NCBI GenBank assembly: GCA_012862495.1
Contig: BLSG01000385.1
Location: forward strand, 58,361 to 78,360
Direction: 5' to 3'
From: Thraustochytrium aureum
Taxonomy: Eukaryota
DNA: 20,000 nt
In this document: positions 8,222-15,990 of the stretch, piece by piece
How positions within the stretch are numbered: the first letter of the stretch is position 1
How the letters are laid out: the number at the start of each line of letters is the position of its first letter
Notes under the pieces: generated by a model
What the model was told of the DNA's origin: nothing
Database searches by the model: none
What the model saw: the letters and a program-made list of their open reading frames with translations, nothing else
Position numbers and translations under genes: made by a program

Positions 8222-10276
8222 ATGCTGGGCAAACTCGCGGTCGGCCTGGCCGTCCTGCTCGCGAGCCCAGGGCTCGTGGTCAACGCACAAGAATGCTCAG
8301 AGTCCGAGCAGAGCCAAGCGTCGTGCTCCGCGCAAGGCGGGGCACTTGTTGACTGGCCCGAGAAGACCCTGAACGTCACGGCGAACGAAGCAACCTGTGG
8401 CACCTTCGAGATCTGTGAATGCCCGGCGCCCGGCCAGCCGCTGGTCCTGCGCGCCAGGTTTACGCTCGCTGGCAATGCGAACGGCGACAACTTTCGCGTC
8501 ACCGCTGGGTTGGCAGGGCCTGGTGCCGAGTTTCTCACATTTGAGACGAACACGTACCCGGCAGAACAGGCCGAGTTCTTGTCAAGGTTTGTCGGTTGCG
8601 TACCAGGTCCGGCTTGCTCATGGACTGGATCTGCTGACGACGAATGCAACACGTGCTCGACGGGAGCTTCAGACATATGTGAGGCAGAGAATGACAACCT
8701 GTTTGTTCCAGGCTCGACCGTCAAGTGCAACTGCAGAAGCGACTTGTTTGGGGGTTTGCCACAGTCGCAAGGCGAGTACTTCACCAATGTTGTGGTTTCG
8801 CTTGCCGAAGGTGTCGACGGTGGCAGTGTCGACTGCACGGCTACGGTCATGACGACGATCAGCTCTGCATCGTTGGTTCCTGGCTCTGAGGAGCCAGTGG
8901 ATTTGCCGACCTGCACCGCCAACCTCGCTCAGGTCTGTCCATTCTGCACGCCCTTGGGCAGCGTTCTCAAGTGTGCCAAGCCCATTTCGGACTGCCTGTT
9001 CGACAAAAGCTGCAACGCAGAGTTCGCACTGTCCAACTCCGGGAGCGCAACCCTCGCGGAAAATGCCAGCGACAAGATGAAAGACGCCCATCACTGCTTG
9101 CGGTGCGGTGAGCCGACAGCCGCAGCCGGAAAATGCAGCGCTGTCCCCGAGCTTGCCTCGTGGCCCGCTGTATCTGATCCCACCCAGGAGGTCACTTGCG
9201 GCAAGGTGGAGATCTGCGGTTGCCCTCTTCCGGGTTCGCACATCAAGTTGCGCGCCGAATTCACTGCCTTTGTGGGGGAAAGCTCGCAATCCACCCTCAG
9301 CACTGTAGCTCTCGTCGGCCCTGGCGCAAGCAACCTGAAAGTCGAGTACGGCGTCTCGCCTGTGTCAGACACCACGAACGCCTACATTTGCTCGGTTGCT
9401 GAGACGCCAAATTCCGGTCCCTGCTCGTCTGGGACTTGTGTCGCAGAGTGCGGAACCACCCTCGACGCAGACAGCGTTTGCAATGGCGGCAAAGCGGCCC
9501 TGGTTGGGGGCCCCGACTGCCTCTGTGCAATTGACACGCTGGCCGTCGCGGAGACCACTCCCCAAGAATACTTTCTTGACGCGAAGATCTCCTACCGTGA
9601 CGGCGTGGACCCTTTCGCAGCAGGCCTAGACTGCAACTCAACTGTCGCTCTCGTAATCAGCGGTACAGGATCGAATGGCAAGTGTGTGGCGCCTCTGCAG
9701 CATGTCTGCCCGACTTGCGGACACTCCGAGTCTGAATTGCCCACGATTGACGCAGAGATAATCGTCGCGTCTTGCGCGGCGGAGACGGCAGCGTGCAACG
9801 CCGACCCGGAATGTTTCTTCAAGGTTTTCTCGGCTTTCCTCAGCAACAATTTCGAAGTGGTTGGCGGCACCCCGGCAACGCACCGCAACATGATTGAGTG
9901 CGCCCGATGCGCCGTTCTCGGCGACGGGTGTCCCACAGAAGTTGGGATTGACCTCTCGGACAAGTTTGACGACGTAGTTGGCGAGACCTGCGACGCGGTG
10001 CTCCGCGCCTGCATTCCTGACCCTGTCTGCTTCGCTCAGGCGAATTTGACGGCTGCCGTTGGGGCGCTGCCCTCAAACCCCACAGGACCGCAGTTCATTG
10101 CGCTGTACAATTGCATCGAGTGCGTGTTTTCGACGAAGGCAAACTTTGGCCAGTGCAACGGGACGTACACCCCGGGCGACAAAACTCCAAGCACGAGTTC
10201 GGGCAGCGCTCTGGCCCGCGCGATCGCGCTTCCAGTGCTCGGCCTCTGGCACCTTGCTGCTAGCGCGCTCGTTTAG
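8222..10276 (+). CDS. Secreted cysteine-rich modular protein, predicted GPI-anchored (684 aa)
   Basis: Signal peptide MLGKLAVGLAVLLASPGLVVNA|Q, very high Cys content and an internal duplication. The C-terminus has a Ser/Thr spacer, small residues (SSGS) and a hydrophobic tail ALARAIALPVLGLWHLAASALV with no cytosolic extension. Confidence 0.88.
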   Translation: MLGKLAVGLAVLLASPGLVVNAQECSESEQSQASCSAQGGALVDWPEKTLNVTANEATCGTFEICECPAPGQPLVLRARFTLAGNANGDNFRVTAGLAGPGAEFLTFETNTYPAEQAEFLSRFVGCVPGPACSWTGSADDECNTCSTGASDICEAENDNLFVPGSTVKCNCRSDLFGGLPQSQGEYFTNVVVSLAEGVDGGSVDCTATVMTTISSASLVPGSEEPVDLPTCTANLAQVCPFCTPLGSVLKCAKPISDCLFDKSCNAEFALSNSGSATLAENASDKMKDAHHCLRCGEPTAAAGKCSAVPELASWPAVSDPTQEVTCGKVEICGCPLPGSHIKLRAEFTAFVGESSQSTLSTVALVGPGASNLKVEYGVSPVSDTTNAYICSVAETPNSGPCSSGTCVAECGTTLDADSVCNGGKAALVGGPDCLCAIDTLAVAETTPQEYFLDAKISYRDGVDPFAAGLDCNSTVALVISGTGSNGKCVAPLQHVCPTCGHSESELPTIDAEIIVASCAAETAACNADPECFFKVFSAFLSNNFEVVGGTPATHRNMIECARCAVLGDGCPTEVGIDLSDKFDDVVGETCDAVLRACIPDPVCFAQANLTAAVGALPSNPTGPQFIALYNCIECVFSTKANFGQCNGTYTPGDKTPSTSSGSALARAIALPVLGLWHLAASALV

Positions 10277-10507
10277 AGTTGTGTCAAAACAAGCCAACAC
10301 CTTATCTTCTGAGACGCGCCCTTGCACTTGGTATCGTCGAAGGCACACCGATTCGAGCACAGCTCGCTCACAAACGCCAGAGCGCACGGCTGTCCAACAA
10401 TTATAAAGTTAAAAGCTCTCTCGAGGGCGGCCCGAAGCCATCAATTTAAGACTTTTGAACCTATGCACAGGCCAACCAGAGACGAGGGCGCGACGCACAG
10501 TGCGCAC

Positions 10508-11938
10508 TCACTCCAGCGTTTTGAGGAGACGGAAGAGGCCCGCAGCTTCCCTGATGCGGCTGAACTCTATGCAAAACGCTTGCACTTCGATGAAGAGGTC
10601 CGAGACGTCGATGATCTTGTTGCGGATGAGCGACTGCAGGAACACGCACACGAGGCGAACGAGACGGTTCTGCATGTACTTGTCCTTGATGTTTTCGCAC
10701 GAGGAGATGCAATTCGACACGTACAGATGAATAAACTCGGCCGGAAGCTGGACCGCCGTCGTCAGGCGGTTGACCACTTCCATCGAGTGCAGCGACATGT
10801 CCATATTGACCAACGCAGAAAGGTACACCGTGATGAGCTCGCTATTCATCAGTTTGAGGAGGCACTCGATTGCGATCATGGGATTGTTTTCAACGAGATT
10901 CGGCAGTTTGCCAGGCACGAGCCCGCAATGGTAGACCAGTCGCGGGTCTGCTTCGAGCTCTTGCAAGACTTGCTTTTGCTGCGCCGGGACCAGCGGGCAC
11001 TTGAACGCCTTGGCCATCAGCTCGCGGATCTCCTCGCCGCGCGTCGTATCCTCGCAGGTGGTCGTGTCCCACTGCAGCCCGGGCGCCGCGGAGGGGTTGA
11101 GCCAGATCATTTCGTTCAGCTCTTTTTGAAACAGCGGCGGAGCTGGCCGAGAAAAGTGCGGCTCGAACGAGGCCAGCGTCAGTACCGACCCGGGGCGGCC
11201 ATCGCCCAGGGCCATAATCTGTTTTGCGGCGATCGGCCCGGCGGGGGGCGGCGGCGGGACCTTTTGCGGCACGCCCTCAGGCCCAACAGGGTCAAATACG
11301 ACTGGGCGCGCCTCTGAGCCTGGCCCGACTCCAGCGTTCCCACCGCCAATAAGCGCTCCGATGTTGGTCGTCTCTGCGAACGCTCCAGTGAGCGTTGCGT
11401 ATTCTGTCGGGTCTGCAGGTCTGAACTCGCCGAGAGCGCCAAGGTCGGCCAAAAGAGCGGCGCCAGACAGCTGCGACCACGCCCTAAGGTCGCCGCGGGA
11501 GGAGGCGCCGCCAGCTGCAGCGGCGGCGCGCGCGGTAGCGGAGGCGTCAAATCCAGGGCTGATGGCCCTCAGCGCGGCAGCGAGCATGTGCGCTTCCGCG
11601 CTCTTGTTGGCATCTGCGACGGTCGGCTTGAACAGGAGCCGGAGAAGCACGCCGCAAAACGGGTGCACCTCGGCCCGCGGCCCTTTCGCGGCCGTCGCTT
11701 TCCGCTGGCCCACATTGACAACAAGGTTAATCGCCACGAGCCGCTGCGCAGCTGGCAGCAAGTTGTCCTCCAGCAAAATGCAGGCCCCGAGGCAATGCCG
11801 GAGCCGCGCCGCCACTGGAATCCTTTCCATCGCGAGGTCCGCCGCGCTCTGCAGCGTCGCGCTCACCCCTCGATCACATACTTCAAGCAGCCAAGCCAGC
11901 TCGCTGCTGTTCACCACCTCACCGCTACCGCCGGCCAT
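10508..11938 (-). CDS. CNOT11: CCR4-NOT transcription complex subunit 11 (C2orf29 / DUF2363 family), 476 aa
   Basis: Highly conserved C-terminus: [96 protein letters not shown]. Start set at ATG 11938 (MAGGSGEV); the track's extension to 12241 translates a microsatellite. Confidence 0.96.
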   Translation of the reverse strand: MAGGSGEVVNSSELAWLLEVCDRGVSATLQSAADLAMERIPVAARLRHCLGACILLEDNLLPAAQRLVAINLVVNVGQRKATAAKGPRAEVHPFCGVLLRLLFKPTVADANKSAEAHMLAAALRAISPGFDASATARAAAAAGGASSRGDLRAWSQLSGAALLADLGALGEFRPADPTEYATLTGAFAETTNIGALIGGGNAGVGPGSEARPVVFDPVGPEGVPQKVPPPPPAGPIAAKQIMALGDGRPGSVLTLASFEPHFSRPAPPLFQKELNEMIWLNPSAAPGLQWDTTTCEDTTRGEEIRELMAKAFKCPLVPAQQKQVLQELEADPRLVYHCGLVPGKLPNLVENNPMIAIECLLKLMNSELITVYLSALVNMDMSLHSMEVVNRLTTAVQLPAEFIHLYVSNCISSCENIKDKYMQNRLVRLVCVFLQSLIRNKIIDVSDLFIEVQAFCIEFSRIREAAGLFRLLKTLE

Positions 11939-12166
11939 CCCGTCCCCGGCCAGCCCCACGCTCCGTCCCAGGCCCGCCGACGTCCTCGCCTCTTGTCCAC
12001 AGCACAGGGCGCACGCAAGCCCTTGCGCGTCAACGACCGACCGCCCAGAACGACGAGGCAGGTCGTCGCACCGCCGGCGCCGAGCGCCGAGCGGCCAGCC
12101 AGCAAACGCTGCAACTAAGCACACGGGCGACCGGAGCAGACGCAAGCGCAACCTCGCGCAGGCGGA

Positions 12167-12255
12167 CACGCACGCACGCACGCTCGCACGCACGCACGCA
12201 CGCAGGCAGGCAGGCAGGCAGGCAGGCACGCACGCACGCACGCACGCAGGCAGGC
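12167..12255. repeat. Compound tetranucleotide microsatellite (GCAC)n(GCAG)n(GCAC)n upstream of CNOT11
   Basis: Read directly: cacgcacg.. gcaggcag.. gcacgcac.. gcaggcagg. Confidence 0.92.
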
Positions 12256-12506
12256 TCCCGTCCCTTCCCGTCTTTCCTTCACGGTCTGCGTCGCTCTGGC
12301 CCCTTCGCGGTTAGCTGCCCGTCCCGCCGTCCGCGCGTCTTTCGCCTCGAAACACCCTCAGGATTAAGATAGCGCCGCAGGCTTTCGCTGCTCACAGCAG
12401 GGATAGGGCGGGCGTGGTTTAAGGTTATACTGCGCGGGGAGGCATTGGCCTTAATGAACCTAGATTGCCGGAAAGTGCGCTTAATGCAGGGCACTGCACA
12501 TTAAAC

Positions 12507-13396
12507 NNNNNNNNNNNNNNNNNNNNNNNNNNNNNNNNNNNNNNNNNNNNNNNNNNNNNNNNNNNNNNNNNNNNNNNNNNNNNNNNNNNNNNNNNNNNNN
12601 NNNNNNNNNNNNNNNNNNNNNNNNNNNNNNNNNNNNNNNNNNNNNNNNNNNNNNNNNNNNNNNNNNNNNNNNNNNNNNNNNNNNNNNNNNNNNNNNNNNN
12701 NNNNNNNNNNNNNNNNNNNNNNNNNNNNNNNNNNNNNNNNNNNNNNNNNNNNNNNNNNNNNNNNNNNNNNNNNNNNNNNNNNNNNNNNNNNNNNNNNNNN
12801 NNNNNNNNNNNNNNNNNNNNNNNNNNNNNNNNNNNNNNNNNNNNNNNNNNNNNNNNNNNNNNNNNNNNNNNNNNNNNNNNNNNNNNNNNNNNNNNNNNNN
12901 NNNNNNNNNNNNNNNNNNNNNNNNNNNNNNNNNNNNNNNNNNNNNNNNNNNNNNNNNNNNNNNNNNNNNNNNNNNNNNNNNNNNNNNNNNNNNNNNNNNN
13001 NNNNNNNNNNNNNNNNNNNNNNNNNNNNNNNNNNNNNNNNNNNNNNNNNNNNNNNNNNNNNNNNNNNNNNNNNNNNNNNNNNNNNNNNNNNNNNNNNNNN
13101 NNNNNNNNNNNNNNNNNNNNNNNNNNNNNNNNNNNNNNNNNNNNNNNNNNNNNNNNNNNNNNNNNNNNNNNNNNNNNNNNNNNNNNNNNNNNNNNNNNNN
13201 NNNNNNNNNNNNNNNNNNNNNNNNNNNNNNNNNNNNNNNNNNNNNNNNNNNNNNNNNNNNNNNNNNNNNNNNNNNNNNNNNNNNNNNNNNNNNNNNNNNN
13301 NNNNNNNNNNNNNNNNNNNNNNNNNNNNNNNNNNNNNNNNNNNNNNNNNNNNNNNNNNNNNNNNNNNNNNNNNNNNNNNNNNNNNNNNNNNNNNNN
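12507..13396. other. Assembly gap (N run)
   Basis: 890 N. Confidence 0.99.
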
Positions 13397-13410
13397 GCCG
13401 CCGCCCAAGG

Positions 13411-14963
13411 ATGACGGACCCCCTCCCGGCCGCCGAGGGCGAGAGGCCGCAGTCCGCGGAGGTGGAGATGGAGCTGCTTGACCTGTTCGAGGACCTCGGG
13501 GGCGAGTTTCACCTGGAGCAAGAGCCGCACGCCGCTGACCCGTTCCGAGACATTCCTTTCGAGTACTGCAGCGACTCCGGGTCGGGGTTGTCGGTTTCTG
13601 GTGCAGGGAGCGGGAGCGATGCGGAGAGCCAGAGGGGCGGCTCGCCGTTCGACCCGTTCGACCCCGTGGCGTTCTTCACCGACCCGTTTGATCTGGACCA
13701 AGAGCAAGACCAAGAGCCCTCCTCTTCTTCAGCCAACCCACCGCTGTCGGCAACTCGCGGGTCCACTCCAGAGGGTAGCGGGGAAGACCTGGGGGTGTTT
13801 ATCACCGCGGAGGAGCTCGTTCGCCAGAAGCGAGAGCGAAGCCCGACCAAGCTCGACGGCCCCCGAGCCCTCTCTGTGGCGACCTCGACCAGCTCGAGGN
13901 NNNNNNNNNNNNNNNNNNNNNNNNNNNNNNNNNNNNNNNNNNNNNNNNNNNNNNNNNNNNNNNNNNNNNNNNNNNNNNNNNNNNNNNNNNNNNNNNNNNN
14001 NNNNNNNNNNNNNNNNNNNNNNNNNNNNNNNNNNNNNNNNNNNNNNNNNNNNNNNNNNNNNNNNNNNNNNNNNNNNNNNNNNNNNNNNNNNNNNNNNNNN
14101 NNNNNNNNNNNNNNNNNNNNNNNNNNNNNNNNNNNNNNNNNNNNNNNNNNNNNNNNNNNNNNNNNNNNNNNNNNNNNNNNNNNNNNNNNNNNNNNNNNNN
14201 NNNNNNNNNNNNNNNNNNNNNNNNNNNNNNNNNNNNNNNNNNNNNNNNNNNNNNNNNNNNNNNNNNNNNNNNNNNNNNNNNNNNNNNNNNNNNNNNNNNN
14301 NNNNNNNNNNNNNNNNNNNNNNNNNNNNNNNNNNNNNNNNNNNNNNNNNNNNNNNNNNNNNNNNNNNNNNNNNNNNNNNNNNNNNNNNNNNNNNNNNCCT
14401 CTTGCTGCAAAGCGCCGGCCGCGCGGGCGGCTCGGGCAGCTCGGCCTCCTCCGTGGCGGGTTCTGTGGACACGGACGACGCTTCGTTGCCTGGCCCGGAC
14501 GCACGGACCTGGGGCAAAATCGCGATGCAAAGCCCAGCGCGCAAAGGACGCCACGCTGGTGAAGGGCGCTGCGGCGATGGGACTGACCATGTCCATGGTG
14601 CTTTTCACTGATACAACTGGTTCGGCGAGCCCAGCTTCAGAGGGCTCGTTCGAGATGATCGGGTTTTGGGCGCTGGGCTGGGGCATGCTCCGGGACTCTG
14701 GGTTCCTTTCCGTTCGCGCCTTGCTGCCGCACGTGATGGCCCTGCTCTTCGGCGTGGTCATGACGCTTGCCTTTGTCTCGCTCTTTTACTTTCGGACATT
14801 ACACGGCAAGCGCTGCGGTGGCTCCGCCTCACTTGCTCCGCTGGCGCGTCAGCGCCGTGGCTCCGTTTCGTCGCGCTCGTACTTGCCGACCAGCGCCGAC
14901 GCCAAGTGCGCGGCGCATGCCCTGCATGTCGTGCAGCGCGTGGCCCCTGCACTCGGCCTCTAG
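13411..14963 (+). CDS. Hypothetical protein with acidic N-terminus and C-terminal hydrophobic helices (membrane-tethered transcription-factor-like); interrupted by a gap and a frame switch
   Basis: 13411-13899 encodes a D/E/F/P/S-rich N-terminus (MTDPLPAAEGE..DPFDPVAFFTDPFDLD). After the gap are a Ser-rich segment and hydrophobic segments (GAAAMGLTMSMVLF; VMALLFGVVMTLAFVSLFYF) ending at TAG 14961-14963. That both parts belong to one gene is inferred. Confidence 0.55.
13900..14397. other. Assembly gap (N run) inside a coding region
   Basis: 498 N. Confidence 0.99.
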
Positions 14964-15630
14964 CTCGAGCGCGAGAATATCGTAACTCGCTGCGTTTTCG
15001 AAAGGCCCCGCGAGGTGTGTCGCCGCTTTGGCTTTGTTGGCGGCGCTGCGCGAGCCCGCGATGATTTTGTAACTAAAGAACCCGACTCCCCTGCTGCAGC
15101 AGCATCAGCTCTTTCGCGGCCGAAGGCATCGTCCTACCGGTACCACAAGCGGCTTGCTTGCGAACCGATTGTCCCATCTGGTGATCGTGCCACCCAGCGA
15201 GACAAAATAGAGGAGCGAGCCTCCTGGCTGCGGCCTGTGGGGCTCGAGCGTGATCTAGCGCAAACAGGCTTGCCGCCGAGTCCCGCGCGCCGCCGCACTT
15301 CGAGCGCCCCGCTCAGAACGAATTGATCCACGAGTCCAGTCGAGGACCGCCAAGTCCACTCATGTCCAACGCACTCCTCCTGCCCCAAAGGTGGACCCGC
15401 CAGCAGGTACGCAATGCAGGAGCGCCGCACGACGCAGCTAGCCGCAGCGCTCGCCCAATGGCCATCGTCGCCAGGGTCGAGGAGCAAGGGCAGCCCTGGC
15501 GAAGATGATGGGCATCTGGCCAACATCTGGCCATGCTAAATGCGCCTTTGGGTTTGTTTTTTGCGGGTTTCGTGTTCGTTTCGGAGGGCGCGCGAGAGAT
15601 AGGACACGAGACACCAGTGCAGAGGACTCG

Positions 15631-15652
15631 GAGCGAGCGAGCGAGAGAGAGA
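15631..15652 (+). repeat. (GCGA)n/(GA)n simple repeat, probable 5' UTR or promoter of the DGAT2 gene
   Basis: gagcgagcgagcgagagagaga read directly. Confidence 0.7.
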
Positions 15653-15805
15653 CAGGCCAGGACCCCGTCGCAGACCAGCAAGTCGAGCTACGCGCCGCAG
15701 TGGACGACGAGCAGCGGTGGCAGCAGCGGCGAGAATCAGCGACGCGTTGCAGCGGCGGCCGGCAGCGAGCGACGAGGAGCTGCAGCGGCACGGGTGCGGA
15801 GGCGC

Positions 15806-15931
15806 NNNNNNNNNNNNNNNNNNNNNNNNNNNNNNNNNNNNNNNNNNNNNNNNNNNNNNNNNNNNNNNNNNNNNNNNNNNNNNNNNNNNNNNNNNNNNNN
15901 NNNNNNNNNNNNNNNNNNNNNNNNNNNNNNN
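15806..15931. other. Assembly gap (N run), may hide the first DGAT2 exon
   Basis: 126 N. Confidence 0.99.
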
Positions 15932-15990
15932 NCGAGGTTGACCAGGGACAAAGCTCACGTCGCCGAATGTGACCCCAAACGCAACGCAGT

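Noticed and set aside
8055..8372. PolyQ/QH ORF of 105 aa
   Set aside because: TTG start, and the polyQ is just the UTR microsatellite; it overlaps the real gene out of frame.
11939..12241. N-terminal extension of CNOT11 ([12 protein letters not shown]..)
   Set aside because: Non-ATG start within a tetranucleotide microsatellite; ATG 11938 gives a normal-sized protein.
10322..12314. Plus-strand ORFs of 331 aa and 317 aa
   Set aside because: Antisense shadows of CNOT11.
12481..12504. TTAATGCAG..CTGCACATTAA imperfect palindrome, possible TTAA transposon end
   Set aside because: Short, bulged and next to a gap; no transposase or partner terminal repeat is visible.
14964..15805. Short ORFs on both strands between the two genes
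   Set aside because: No codon bias or motifs; consistent with UTR or promoter DNA.
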